42,658 nt of DNA from Cellvibrionales bacterium UBA1963 (GCA_002336035.1 DDED01000214.1:1-42658); one strand, 5' to 3'; shown: positions 20,960 through 31,686, numbered from the stretch's first letter. A program made the numbers and translations. The notes: generated from the letters alone by a model not told the origin.

Positions 20960-23443
20960 ATGGCTATTGTGGCATTACCAAGCACCTTTTCACCAGTAAA
21001 ATTCGCCTTGCACGCGAATATGCGCGGTCTTATTTTGCTGATACTGATCGGCTTATGCTCAACAGGCATCGCCCACAACCTCCGGGCTGAGGTGGAATCG
21101 ATCGACAGCGGTGGCGAAGCGCTTACCGACTACCGTGACCTAGCTCAGCAAGACTGGCATGCAGTCAACAAATCACTCATGGCAACATCGACTGACCACC
21201 TTCGTTGCGGGGGGCTTTATGTTAATCCCCTGCAAACCGCAGAGAATTCAAAGGTTGAGGGCTTGCAAGCCAGCGCAGACGCCAGCGCTATAAAGGCTGA
21301 CAAACTTTTGTTTAGCGGCAATGTATTAATTCAATACGATAATATGACGTTACAGGCAAAAGAGGCCAGCTACGATGCCGACCAACAACGCCTTGTATTA
21401 ACCGACAATGTCATTGTTCGCACCCCGTCAGCGGCTTTTGGCAGCGCATCGGCGGTTTTCGATATTGCCGAACACAGCACGACCATGCAAGAAACCAATT
21501 ACGTTTTACATCAACGCCATTTGCGTGGTGAAGCAACGATAATTAACCGTACCGCTGATAATACCTTAACCATTGAACAAGGCAGCTTTACCCGATGCCA
21601 ACCCGACAATCAGTTATGGTTACTGAGTGCAGAGCAATTAACACTCGATACCACCAAAGGCCAAGGCTATGCCAAGCAAGCCAAACTTTCGATTCATGGC
21701 TTGCCCATTTTTTATTTCCCGTACACCCAGTTTCCTATTGGCAATGCGCGGCAGTCAGGCCTTTTATTTCCAAATATATCCAACAGCAACAATGGCCTTG
21801 ATCTAAGTGTCCCTTACTACTTTAATATTGCACCTCATTTGGATGCGACTTTTTCACCGCGTTATCATGCTAAACGCGGTTACATTACCCAAGGCAACGC
21901 ACGTTGGCTCAATCAATTTGACCAGTGGAATATTGACTTGGCTTACCTTGACAATGACCCAGTGTACAGTCAACAACAAAGCAATAACACTCACGCAAAC
22001 GGTAAACGTTGGTTGCTCAACATTCAAGAGCAAGGGCAATGGGGTGAGCACCTTTTTAGTGAGGTTGACATTGTGCGCAGCAGTGATAGCGATTACTTGC
22101 GTGATCTTAATAGCAGTAGCCTCAGTATTAGCCGTAGCAGTCACCTACACCAGCGCGCACAATTCAATTTTTATGGCGAACAATTTTCAGCTGGAATTAA
22201 GCTTCAGCACTATCAATCATTAATTAAAGAGCCGTCAGGTAATACACAGGCCGGTGAACAACCACTGGAAAAAGTGCCTGAATGGTACCTCGCCTTTGAC
22301 TCATCTCATGGCCCATTTAATTTAGCTGCAAGCGGCCGATGGCAAGAAAGTTATTTTGAGCAACAAGAGCGTGCCGACATCTACCGGCGATTTGGCGAGT
22401 TCAACATTGACCTGCCTATGCAGTGGTCTGGCATCCGCATGAGCCCTTCTATAGGCGTTCAACACCTCAGTTATCGCGTCGAACTTGACGATGAAACGGG
22501 TGTCAGTACGGACCAACAGACATTCAGTCACTCGGCGCCACAAGCGGCGGTTAAATTAGACCTGCTACTTGAAAGTAACGACGGGCAAAAAGTATTGTCA
22601 CCCGGTTTACTTTACTTATATCGCGACGCTGAAAAAAACTACCCGCTCACCGCCGCCTTTAGTGGCGGGCTAGACAGCGAACCGATGCGCTTTACCATTG
22701 ATCAACTGTTGGCAGGCTCACCCTTGAGTGGCTATGACTATTTAGTCGACACAGAACAAGTCTCCCTTTACTTAAACCACCGTCGTTTTGATGCTATAGG
22801 CAATGAAACAATGGCATTAACTGTCGGTCAAATTTTTTATCTTAAAAGTAACAATAATCAAATAAATGAACCGCTTGAGCAAATTTGGCCCGGCGAAAAC
22901 AATGAAGAAAGTTCAGCTCTTGTTGGTGAATTCAGCACCACTCTGACGCCGGAATGGCAAGGCTCTCTTAGCCTTAACTGGAATCCACATCAAAAAAAAT
23001 GGGTAGAAGGCCATTGGCAACTGGCGTATCGAGAGCAAGAAAATTCCAGTAATATTGTCAATATGGGGTATCATTATCGTCGAGCTAGCCAGCAATCTTC
23101 TTTGTTAGAGCAAACGCTTGAACAAGCCGATATTAGTTTTATCAAAGAGTTTAACCCTCGATGGTCACTGATCGGTCGATACCAATACGACATTGAACAA
23201 AAACGGAGCAATGAGACTCTCGCTGGGCTTGCTTTTGACAGTTGTTGTGTGCGCTGGAAAGTTATTTATCGCGATGCACTCCTGTACCGTTATGACGATC
23301 AAGACCGCCGACGTGATCGCAGCATTTTTTTACAAATAGAACTCAAAGGCTTATTTGGTATTGGCAGTAAGACAGATACAATATTAAGCGAGTCAATTGA
23401 CGGCTACCGGTCACATGACCAGCAAAGCAGTCACTATTATTGA
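20960..23443 (+). CDS. lptD: LPS-assembly outer membrane protein LptD
   Basis: FTRCQP, PIFYFPY, RQSGLLFP, PYYFNIAPHLDAT, DSCC, FLQIELKGL; precedes surA. The true start may be slightly downstream. Confidence 0.95.
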   Translation: MAIVALPSTFSPVKFALHANMRGLILLILIGLCSTGIAHNLRAEVESIDSGGEALTDYRDLAQQDWHAVNKSLMATSTDHLRCGGLYVNPLQTAENSKVEGLQASADASAIKADKLLFSGNVLIQYDNMTLQAKEASYDADQQRLVLTDNVIVRTPSAAFGSASAVFDIAEHSTTMQETNYVLHQRHLRGEATIINRTADNTLTIEQGSFTRCQPDNQLWLLSAEQLTLDTTKGQGYAKQAKLSIHGLPIFYFPYTQFPIGNARQSGLLFPNISNSNNGLDLSVPYYFNIAPHLDATFSPRYHAKRGYITQGNARWLNQFDQWNIDLAYLDNDPVYSQQQSNNTHANGKRWLLNIQEQGQWGEHLFSEVDIVRSSDSDYLRDLNSSSLSISRSSHLHQRAQFNFYGEQFSAGIKLQHYQSLIKEPSGNTQAGEQPLEKVPEWYLAFDSSHGPFNLAASGRWQESYFEQQERADIYRRFGEFNIDLPMQWSGIRMSPSIGVQHLSYRVELDDETGVSTDQQTFSHSAPQAAVKLDLLLESNDGQKVLSPGLLYLYRDAEKNYPLTAAFSGGLDSEPMRFTIDQLLAGSPLSGYDYLVDTEQVSLYLNHRRFDAIGNETMALTVGQIFYLKSNNNQINEPLEQIWPGENNEESSALVGEFSTTLTPEWQGSLSLNWNPHQKKWVEGHWQLAYREQENSSNIVNMGYHYRRASQQSSLLEQTLEQADISFIKEFNPRWSLIGRYQYDIEQKRSNETLAGLAFDSCCVRWKVIYRDALLYRYDDQDRRRDRSIFLQIELKGLFGIGSKTDTILSESIDGYRSHDQQSSHYY

Positions 23444-23493
23444 TATTAAGCCGCCAAATTTAAGTGTGGCTCCTATAACAGGTACGTTTATTT

Positions 23494-24837
23494 ATGACAC
23501 AGATATTTATCTCAATCTTTACTCGCTTTAATGGGGCTATTATGGCGATGAGGCCATTTTGTTTCCAACGCGGCATTAAACCTACCATTTTTATTCTTGT
23601 CTCAACACTGTGCCCTGCCGTTTATGCAGAATATCAAGTGATTGAGCAGGTGGTTGCTATTGCCGAAGATGACGTCGTATTAGCCAGTGAAGTCCGTGAT
23701 GAGATGGCTAAAGTCCACCAGCGACTGATTGCAAATAAACGACCCCTGCCAGACAATAATGCTTTATTTGCGCAAGTGCTTGAGCAAAGAATATTGAGAA
23801 GCTTACAGTTACAAAGGGCAGAAAAAATAGGTTTGCGAACCAGTGACCAACAGCTAAACGACACAATGAATTCAATTGCAGCAAGAAATAATTTAAGCCT
23901 CACAGAATTTAAGCTTTCGGTCGAAAGTCAGGGCCAATCGTACATCGATATTAGAAATAATATCCGTCAAGATATGATCATTCGCGAAGTACAACGACGC
24001 AGTGTCATTAGGACAATTAATATTGACCAAAGCGAGGTTGATAATTTTTTGAACTCAGAAAAAGGCAAAGCATTGCTTGAGATTGAATACAATATCGATC
24101 ATATACTGCTTGCAATAAACACTGAGGCGTCAAAAGACACCGTTGCAGCGGCCAAAATAAAAATGATTCAGCTTAAATCTCTAGCGACATTAAAAGGCGG
24201 CTTCTCAGCTATAGCTGATAGAGCAGAAATCATTAATGCCGAGCATAATCCTCTCGGCTGGCGACGCTTTAGTGATGTCCCCATGATGTTTCAAAGCACC
24301 GTTAAAAATACTTTAGAAGGCGAGATAAGCGAACCCATTCGCAGTGACAGCGGTCTGCATATCATCCATATATTAGCCAAACGCGGCGGTGTAGAAGGCA
24401 CACAAACTGAAACTAACGTTCGGCACATACTTATAGCACCAAATGAAATTCGCAGTGTCGATGAAGCTAAAATATTAGCCGCTGAAGTCCGTCAAAAAAT
24501 TCTTGCAGGTGAGGACTTCGCTTTTTTAGCTCGAGAGTACTCAGACGACCCTGGTTCAGCATTAACTGGTGGTGATCTAGGATGGTCAAAACCAGGCACC
24601 CTAGTGCCTGAGTTTGAGACCATGATGGCTAACACTGACATTGATAAGACCTCTGCGATTTTTAAGAGCCAATTTGGTTGGCATATTCTTCAAGTGTCTG
24701 ATCGGCGAGAAAAAGATCTATCCTCTGAACTGGCCAATCAGCGTGCGCGAATGGCTATTGCAGAAACGAAATACGATGACGCGCTAAGTAACTGGCTACA
24801 AGACTTACGTGATAATGCTTACGTTGACATTAAATAA
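23494..24837 (+). CDS. surA: Periplasmic chaperone/PPIase SurA
   Basis: VVAIAEDDVVLASE N-domain, HIL parvulin motifs, SDDPGSALTGGDLGW, AYVDIK; start probably at 23542 or 23548. Confidence 0.93.
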   Translation: MTQIFISIFTRFNGAIMAMRPFCFQRGIKPTIFILVSTLCPAVYAEYQVIEQVVAIAEDDVVLASEVRDEMAKVHQRLIANKRPLPDNNALFAQVLEQRILRSLQLQRAEKIGLRTSDQQLNDTMNSIAARNNLSLTEFKLSVESQGQSYIDIRNNIRQDMIIREVQRRSVIRTINIDQSEVDNFLNSEKGKALLEIEYNIDHILLAINTEASKDTVAAAKIKMIQLKSLATLKGGFSAIADRAEIINAEHNPLGWRRFSDVPMMFQSTVKNTLEGEISEPIRSDSGLHIIHILAKRGGVEGTQTETNVRHILIAPNEIRSVDEAKILAAEVRQKILAGEDFAFLAREYSDDPGSALTGGDLGWSKPGTLVPEFETMMANTDIDKTSAIFKSQFGWHILQVSDRREKDLSSELANQRARMAIAETKYDDALSNWLQDLRDNAYVDIK

Positions 24838-24848
24838 GGTCGTCCAAC

Positions 24849-25907
24849 ATGAGCAACATTCCTCGTATTGCTGTTACACCGGGTGAGCCTGCAGGCATTG
24901 GTCCTGATATCGCCATCCAAATAGCCCAACAAGCACACCTAGCTGAGCTCGTCGTGATTGCCGATCCAGAGTTGCTTGAAGCGCGTGCAAAACAATTGAA
25001 CTTGCCGATAGCAATTAAAATCTTTGATCCGTCTCAACCGGCACAACCCTCGACTGCCGGAAAATTAATAGTCGATCCCGTTTCACTGCCGACTCACATT
25101 GAACCTGGCAAAGCTAACCCTCAGGCTTCAGGCTATGTATTAAACACGCTTGATCGCGCCATTCACCTTTGCCGCGAAAAACAACTCAGTGCGTTGGTAA
25201 CAGGGCCGATTAATAAACACCTCATTAATCAATATTTACAGCAGTGTCCTGGTGAGTCCGCACACACCGATGATACTTTTTTTAGTGGCCATACCGAGTA
25301 CCTCGCCCAACAAACTCATACCCCAAAGGTGGTAATGATGCTGGCCGCTAATCCACCGTCAAAGCAAATAAAATCGCTGCTGACGCGCCCACTCAGAGTC
25401 GCGTTAGTCACCACACATTTGCCCCTCAAAGCGGTTGCTAACGCAATTAATTATGATAATGTAAAACAAACGATTACTATTTTGCAGCACGACTTAATCC
25501 ACCACTTCGGTATCAGCTCACCCAATATTTTAGTATGCGGTTTAAACCCTCATGCGGGTGAAAATGGCGATCTTGGTGATGAAGAGTTAACCATTATTGA
25601 GCCCTGCTTAGCCGAATTAAGGGCTAAAGGCATGCGCCTAAGCCAAGCGCTTCCAGCAGACACATTGTTTACTGAAAAGTATTTGTCTGGAGCTGACGCG
25701 GTTGTAGCCATGTATCACGACCAAGGTCTGCCGGTTTTAAAATCTCACGGTTTTGGCCGCGCGGTTAACATCACCCTGGGCTTACCGTTTATTCGCACCT
25801 CAGTAGATCACGGTACCGCTTTTGATTTAGCTGGTACCGGTCAAGCCAGTTGCGGCAGCCTATTAGCCGCCATAGATATGGCGATTGACTTATGTCAGTC
25901 TTTGTAA
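24849..25907 (+). CDS. pdxA: 4-hydroxythreonine-4-phosphate dehydrogenase
   Basis: TPGEPAGIGPD, FSGHTEYL, GLNPHAGE, MYHDQGL, RTSVDHGTA. Confidence 0.97.
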   Translation: MSNIPRIAVTPGEPAGIGPDIAIQIAQQAHLAELVVIADPELLEARAKQLNLPIAIKIFDPSQPAQPSTAGKLIVDPVSLPTHIEPGKANPQASGYVLNTLDRAIHLCREKQLSALVTGPINKHLINQYLQQCPGESAHTDDTFFSGHTEYLAQQTHTPKVVMMLAANPPSKQIKSLLTRPLRVALVTTHLPLKAVANAINYDNVKQTITILQHDLIHHFGISSPNILVCGLNPHAGENGDLGDEELTIIEPCLAELRAKGMRLSQALPADTLFTEKYLSGADAVVAMYHDQGLPVLKSHGFGRAVNITLGLPFIRTSVDHGTAFDLAGTGQASCGSLLAAIDMAIDLCQSL

Positions 25908-25919
25908 GAGTAACCCATT

Positions 25920-26768
25920 GTGGATCAATTTAATTCGTTGGCAGTGCCCCATCAAGCGCGTAAGCGGTTTGGGCAAAACTTTCTCCAAGATGGTGCGATC
26001 ATCGACCGTATTGTTCGCGCCATTGGGCCCGCAGTGGACGATCGTTTAATTGAAATCGGCCCTGGTCAAGGCGCTTTGACCTTACCGCTAGTAGAACATC
26101 TCAGCGAGCATGCTTCATTAGATCTACTTGAAATTGATCGCGACCTTGCCGCTCAACTTGACCGTCGATTTGCTCATGACTCACGGATTAATCTTCACCA
26201 AATCGACGCGCTCAATTTTGATTTTGTTAGCCTTCGCCAGCAAGGGCACAAAGCGCTGCGAGTGTTTGGAAACTTACCTTATAACATTTCAACCCCATTG
26301 ATTTTTCATTTACTCGAGCAATGCAGTCAAGTCGATCATCAACGAGTCATTAATGATATGCACTTTATGCTTCAACGTGAAGTCGTTGACCGAATGGCAG
26401 CCCAACCCGGCACAAAAACCTATGGCCGACTCAGTGTTATGACGCAATATTACTGCACAGTAGAGCCATTATTTGAAGTGCCACCTGAGGCGTTTAACCC
26501 CCAACCAAAAGTGATGTCAATGATTGTTCGCTTACAGCCTTTTGAATCATTGCCCATTATTGCCAATAACCCGACTGTCTTACACCAAGTTGTCAAAGCT
26601 GCTTTTTCTCAACGGCGTAAAACACTGCGTAATGGCCTTAAACATTTAATAAACATTGATCAATTAGAGCAACTTGACATTAATCATACGGCCAGAGCAG
26701 AAACTCTGCCATTGACGGCCTTCGTTAAGATTGCTAACTTTCTTAATGAATCAGCACCCACCAGCTAA
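25920..26768 (+). CDS. rsmA: 16S rRNA m6,2A1518/1519 dimethyltransferase
   Basis: RKRFGQNFL, EIGPGQG, GNLPYNIS, FMLQREV, YGRLSV, QRRKTLRN. Confidence 0.97.
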   Translation: MDQFNSLAVPHQARKRFGQNFLQDGAIIDRIVRAIGPAVDDRLIEIGPGQGALTLPLVEHLSEHASLDLLEIDRDLAAQLDRRFAHDSRINLHQIDALNFDFVSLRQQGHKALRVFGNLPYNISTPLIFHLLEQCSQVDHQRVINDMHFMLQREVVDRMAAQPGTKTYGRLSVMTQYYCTVEPLFEVPPEAFNPQPKVMSMIVRLQPFESLPIIANNPTVLHQVVKAAFSQRRKTLRNGLKHLINIDQLEQLDINHTARAETLPLTAFVKIANFLNESAPTS

Positions 26769-26806
26769 TTACAGTGCCAATAAAAACCAGAGCGTAGAAA
26801 TGACCC

Positions 26807-27199
26807 ATGAATACAGAACAACTTAAGTTACAACAGAGTATAGAAGTTAACGTTCAGCCTCGCTACCTTCCTGAACAATCCAATGAAGAAGTTGCTGAAT
26901 ATACCTTTGCCTATACTGTTTGTATTGCCAACAATAGTGAGCATAGCGTTCAGCTATTAGCGAGGCATTGGATCATCACTGATGGCAACAACACAATTAG
27001 GGAAATTGAAGGTGAAGGCGTTGTGGGGCAACAACCCGACATTTTACCTGGTGAATCGTATCGCTACAGCAGCGGCGCAATACTATCAACAAAAACTGGC
27101 ACTATGGAAGGCAGTTATAAAATGCGTAGTTTTGAGGGCATAGACTTTAATGCCATTATCAAACCCTTTGGGTTGGTTCACCCTAACTCACTTCAATAA
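26807..27199 (+). CDS. apaG: ApaG protein
   Basis: FAYTVCIAN, QLLARHWIITD, GEGVVGQQP, GTMEGSY. Confidence 0.96.
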   Translation: MNTEQLKLQQSIEVNVQPRYLPEQSNEEVAEYTFAYTVCIANNSEHSVQLLARHWIITDGNNTIREIEGEGVVGQQPDILPGESYRYSSGAILSTKTGTMEGSYKMRSFEGIDFNAIIKPFGLVHPNSLQ

Positions 27200-27237
27200 T
27201 TTAAGGCCATGCTGATCATTCATGCTCGGACAGTGTT

Positions 27238-28062
27238 ATGACGCAATACGCAGTAGGCGACATTCAAGGGTGTTATGCAGAATTAATTGACTGTTTAGAC
27301 CAGGTCAACTTTAATCCCAAAAGTGACTGCCTTTGGGTGGCCGGTGACATGATAAATCGAGGTCCCGACTCTTTAACAACGTTAGAGTTCCTCTATCAAC
27401 ATCGAAACAGCTTACGCTGCGTGCTTGGTAATCACGACTTGCATCTGATGGCAATTTATTTTGGCCATCGTAAAGCAAAAAAAAGTGACACTATTGACCC
27501 CATACTGAACCATCCCAATTGCGATCTTTGGATTGATTGGCTTCGCCAGCAACCGCTTTGCGTCTTTGATCCTAATACCCAGTTTTTTATGTCACACGCC
27601 GGTTTACCGCCGCAATGGTCAGTCACACAAGCGCTCGCCTACAGCGAAGAAATATCATCTGTTTTAAAGAGTGATGGCATAGAAAAATTTTTAACCAATA
27701 TGTACGGCAATACCCCAACGCATTGGAAAAACGACCTGACCGGTATTGAACGTCTGCGATGCATAACCAACTATTTGACCCGCATGCGTATATGCGATGT
27801 CGACGGTGGCTTAGAATTTGACTACAAAGGCGACTTAACCAACATACCCGCAGGGTACCATGCTTGGTTCAAACATCCCCATCGACAATCGAGCAATGAA
27901 AAAATTATTTTCGGCCACTGGGCTTCTCTTGGCGGTTACACCGATCACCATACTTTATTTGGTCTCGACACAGCCTGTGTTTGGGGGCAATACTTGACAC
28001 TAATGCAACTCGATACTCAGCAATACTTTACTGCCAATGCACAGCCGAGACCCAGCCAATGA
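27238..28062 (+). CDS. apaH: Symmetrical bis(5'-nucleosyl)-tetraphosphatase
   Basis: GDIQGC, GDMINRGPDSL, LGNHDLHL, HAGLPPQW, FGHWA, LDTACVWG. Confidence 0.96.
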   Translation: MTQYAVGDIQGCYAELIDCLDQVNFNPKSDCLWVAGDMINRGPDSLTTLEFLYQHRNSLRCVLGNHDLHLMAIYFGHRKAKKSDTIDPILNHPNCDLWIDWLRQQPLCVFDPNTQFFMSHAGLPPQWSVTQALAYSEEISSVLKSDGIEKFLTNMYGNTPTHWKNDLTGIERLRCITNYLTRMRICDVDGGLEFDYKGDLTNIPAGYHAWFKHPHRQSSNEKIIFGHWASLGGYTDHHTLFGLDTACVWGQYLTLMQLDTQQYFTANAQPRPSQ

Positions 28063-29273
28063 AAGTCTATTTAGTCGGTGGCGCTGTTCGTGACCAACTG
28101 CTGGGACTGCCCGTAACGGAACGGGACTGGGTGGTGGTCGGAGGATCTGTCGCCGAATTAGAAACGCTTCAGTACCAACAAGTCGGTAAAGACTTTCCCG
28201 TTTTTCTACACCCAGACACTAAAGAAGAATATGCATTAGCTCGTACCGAGCGTAAACGAGGGCTCGGCCACACAGGCTTTACGGTTGACGCCAATCCAGA
28301 TGTCAGTCTCGAGCAAGACTTGTCGCGTCGAGACTTAACCATTAATGCAATTGCGCAAGACGATGCAGGGCAGTTAATTGACCCCTACCATGGGCTCAAA
28401 GATATACAGCAGCGCCAATTACGGCATATTTCTTCTGCCTTTAACGAGGATCCGCTTCGGGTGCTAAGAGTTGCTCGCTTTCATGCTAGGCTGGCTCATC
28501 TAGGCTTTTCTATTGCCCAAGAAACACTTTTTTTGATGCGCGATATTAGCCGTTCTGGCGAATTAACAACACTTTCAGCCGAGCGTATTTGGCGTGAATT
28601 TAGTCTTGCGCTTAACCAGAAATCGCCTCAGGTATTTATTCAAACACTGCAGCAATGCGAGGCATTGGCAGCTTTATTGCCTGAACTTGACCGTTGTTTT
28701 GATCAGTATGACAACATGCGAAATGTTGCTGGTCAAATTGGTCGACGCACGCTCGACGCATTATCTTACAGTGCCAGACAAGACTTATCTGGACCCGTTC
28801 GCTGGTCGCTGTGCCTCCACGGTATCAATAACCTAAGTAGGGTGAAAAATATCACCGCTAAAACGATTGCGCCTGAAGCAGACGATAAAGTTAAAGCTAT
28901 TACGCGTCGATTAAAAGTGCCCAACGAATACAGTGAACTCGCATCATTAGCCGTTCAGTATTGCGACCATGTGATGCAAGCAAAAAACAGTAAGCCCGAC
29001 TTAATTATTAACTTATTTGATCGCTGCGATGTCTGGCGAAGACCAGAAAGATTTGAACAGCTGCTCTATTGCTGCGAGGCATTGAGTGCCACTAATCATG
29101 AACAAGCGCATGCGGTATTAGGTTCAATCACTTTTTTACGAACAGCTTACCAGCGTTGCCATCAAATTAACGCCGAACAATTTGTCAAAGCAGGACTGCA
29201 AGGAAAAGCGATAGGCGAATCACTCAGAAACGCTCGTAAAATATGCTTGGCTGAATTAAAGCATCAATTCTAG
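28059..29273 (+). CDS. cca: tRNA CCA-adding enzyme (HD domain motif degenerate)
   Basis: MKVYLVGGAVRD, ERDWVV, EYALARTERK, RRDLTINA, EDPLRVLRVARF; ATG 28059 overlaps the apaH stop. Confidence 0.95.
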   Translation: MKVYLVGGAVRDQLLGLPVTERDWVVVGGSVAELETLQYQQVGKDFPVFLHPDTKEEYALARTERKRGLGHTGFTVDANPDVSLEQDLSRRDLTINAIAQDDAGQLIDPYHGLKDIQQRQLRHISSAFNEDPLRVLRVARFHARLAHLGFSIAQETLFLMRDISRSGELTTLSAERIWREFSLALNQKSPQVFIQTLQQCEALAALLPELDRCFDQYDNMRNVAGQIGRRTLDALSYSARQDLSGPVRWSLCLHGINNLSRVKNITAKTIAPEADDKVKAITRRLKVPNEYSELASLAVQYCDHVMQAKNSKPDLIINLFDRCDVWRRPERFEQLLYCCEALSATNHEQAHAVLGSITFLRTAYQRCHQINAEQFVKAGLQGKAIGESLRNARKICLAELKHQF

Positions 29274-29326
29274 TGACACAGGCCCTGTAAATACACAGTG
29301 AATGCACTAAAAAAGATTCCAAAACT

Positions 29327-29683
29327 CTATGAACGGCAAAGACTGCTAGTGATAGCCGCGCAACTAGCCGCTTGAATCGCCAAAGGTTTTCGAATAGTGA
29401 CCGTCAAATCTAAGATGGCTGGATGTTGGTCGAGCAAATAACGTAGCAGTCGCTCTATTAATGTTTCAATTAACAAGCAATCTTGAGATCGGGTAAAGTC
29501 ATTCACCTGTTTAGCTACGCAAGCGTAATCAACGCTGGCATCAAGATTGTCACCGTCAGCTGCATCACTGATATCAACCTGCATGTCGACGTCAAAATAC
29601 AGGCGTTGCTCAACATGTTTTTCCCACTCACAAAGACCAATTACGGTATCGACAGCAAGATCTTCAATAAAAATATTCGCCAC
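29327..29683 (-). CDS. folB: Dihydroneopterin aldolase
   Basis: IFIEDLAVDTVIGLCEWE, VDY, LIETL, RKP. Confidence 0.9.
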   Translation of the reverse strand: MANIFIEDLAVDTVIGLCEWEKHVEQRLYFDVDMQVDISDAADGDNLDASVDYACVAKQVNDFTRSQDCLLIETLIERLLRYLLDQHPAILDLTVTIRKPLAIQAASCAAITSSLCRS

Positions 29684-29727
29684 TACTATACTCCTACATT
29701 ATATGAATTGTGACCTTATACCACCGG

Positions 29728-30756
29728 TCACATGGCATCTAATTCTGTCAATGGCCAACGCGGCCTAACGTTTATTGTAAGTGGCTCTCGATGGCCTGAC
29801 TGCAAACGTAAAGCCCCAGCAAGAGCGATCATTGCGCCGTTATCAGTGCAATACTCAGGCCGCGCATAAAAAACGCTCGCCTGTTGCCTACTCGTCATTT
29901 CTTCTAGCACTGAACGCAGACGTTGATTTGCGCTCACACCTCCAGCTATGACTAACCGCTTGTGCCCCGTCTGCTTCAAAGCGCGCTTGCATTTAATGGC
30001 CAAGGTACTCACTACGGCATCTTCAAACGCGTACGCGATGTCAGCCTTGGTTTGCGGCTTAAGCTCAACTTCTTGCTGCTGACATTGAATAATAGTATTT
30101 CTTGCCGATGTTTTTAAGCCACTAAAGCTAAAATCAAGACCCGGTCTGTTAACCATAGGCCGCGGAAAAGTAAAACGGCCCGGCTCGCCAGACTCAGCTA
30201 ACTTAGCAATTTTTGGCCCACCAGGGTAACTCAAGCCAAGCATCTTAGCCGTTTTATCGAAGGCCTCACCCGCCGCGTCATCAAGCGATTCACCCAGCAG
30301 TCGATAATCGCCCAATGCCACCACTTCGATTAATTGCGTATGGCCGCCAGACACTAATAAAGCAACAAACGGCAAGTCAGGAGACTGGTCCTCGAGCATT
30401 GGTGCTAAGAGGTGTCCTTCCATATGATGAACGCCTACAGCAGGAATGCCCCAAGCCATAGCTAATGATCGCCCAATAGAGGCGCCAACCAGCAACGCCC
30501 CGATTAATCCGGGACCTGCGGTATAAGCAATGCCGTCGATAGCTGACGCATCAATGTTCGCGTCAGCCATCAGATGTTTAATCATGGGCAAGGTCTTTCG
30601 GATATGATCGCGTGACGCTAGTTCGGGCACTACGCCGCCATATTCCATGTGTAAATCAATCTGGCTGTGGAGGGCCTCGCAAATCAATCCTTGCTCTGTA
30701 TCATAAAATGCGATGCCCGTTTCATCACAGGAACTCTCTATACCCAGCACTAACAT
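29728..30756 (-). CDS. tsaD: tRNA threonylcarbamoyltransferase subunit
   Basis: [54 protein letters not shown]. Confidence 0.98.
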   Translation of the reverse strand: MLVLGIESSCDETGIAFYDTEQGLICEALHSQIDLHMEYGGVVPELASRDHIRKTLPMIKHLMADANIDASAIDGIAYTAGPGLIGALLVGASIGRSLAMAWGIPAVGVHHMEGHLLAPMLEDQSPDLPFVALLVSGGHTQLIEVVALGDYRLLGESLDDAAGEAFDKTAKMLGLSYPGGPKIAKLAESGEPGRFTFPRPMVNRPGLDFSFSGLKTSARNTIIQCQQQEVELKPQTKADIAYAFEDAVVSTLAIKCKRALKQTGHKRLVIAGGVSANQRLRSVLEEMTSRQQASVFYARPEYCTDNGAMIALAGALRLQSGHREPLTINVRPRWPLTELDAM

Positions 30757-30818
30757 ATGATCGCTATTACCTATTACTTCTGTTTAACGCTATTAGTGAG
30801 CGCTCAACGAATATCAAC

Positions 30819-31310
30819 TTATAAGCCTTGAATTTTACTGACACGAAAATTGCTTCCACTGGACAGTAATTTTACTCTATCACCGGCCATCAGCGCAGTA
30901 AGATTAGGATCGATGGCCTGAACAACGGATATCACCTCGCCATGATCTAGCTGAATGGTATACTCCATGCCTTGGGCTTTAGTCATCGCACTTTCTGCTT
31001 TAGCGCCCAATACCGCCGCAGCCGTACCCACTATCACGGCAGCCACTTCACCGGTTCGGCCATCGTCTACACCTGCACCTGCGATGGCGCCAACCGCGCC
31101 CCCAACCATACTACCAATACCAGTTTTCGTCCCTTCAATCATGACGGCTCTTGCATCAATAATTTTTCCAAGTTGGACTTCTTGAATCGCTCTGGCTTCA
31201 TCGCGTGAGTAGCTCGTACCCGTCTGCTGAGTCGGCACTGAACAGGCAACCACACTCAGCAAGCCAACTACGGCAACCATTTTTGTGGATATATTGAGCA
31301 TTTTCATCAT
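30819..31310 (-). CDS. SlyB/Pcp-like glycine-zipper outer membrane lipoprotein
   Basis: Lipobox VVAC, SYSRDEARAIQEVQLGKI, glycine-zipper helices, EYTIQLDHG..SVVQ, GDRV; AAGGA SD. Confidence 0.85.
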   Translation of the reverse strand: MMKMLNISTKMVAVVGLLSVVACSVPTQQTGTSYSRDEARAIQEVQLGKIIDARAVMIEGTKTGIGSMVGGAVGAIAGAGVDDGRTGEVAAVIVGTAAAVLGAKAESAMTKAQGMEYTIQLDHGEVISVVQAIDPNLTALMAGDRVKLLSSGSNFRVSKIQGL

Positions 31311-31657
31311 TGGATTCCTTTTAAGAGAGTCACGGGTAAAGGGTTAATATTACGAGAATACCACCGAACGTAAACAAACGATTCATGAGTCGTCTTTATT
31401 TTGACCGAAAATGATCAGGATTACTGCTTACTTAATTCCATTATTGCCGCATACAGTACTAAAGAGCCTAAAAATACATTGAAGTTAATGGCCAATTAAT
31501 GTGTAAATAACCATTTAAAACAATTATTTAGCATCAATAGTCGAGGTTGGTTGCAGAAGTCAGATTTCTATCGAGTCAATGAAGCGTTCGATTTATTCCA
31601 AAACGGCCAGTAACGCCATCGAAGCACAGTGATATTAAAGAAAACCCGCTTCAGGCT

Positions 31658-31686
31658 TTGCAATTTACCGCGAGGCTGTATAGAAT
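31658..31686 (+). promoter_or_regulatory. sigma70 promoter of the rpsU-yqeY-dnaG-rpoD cluster
   Basis: TTGCAA-17 nt-TAGAAT followed by GC-rich discriminator TGCCGCCC. Confidence 0.7.

Noticed and set aside
27981-28058. N-terminal extension of Cca in the ORF track
   Set aside because: It overlaps apaH; the canonical MKVYLVGGAVRD start is at 28059.
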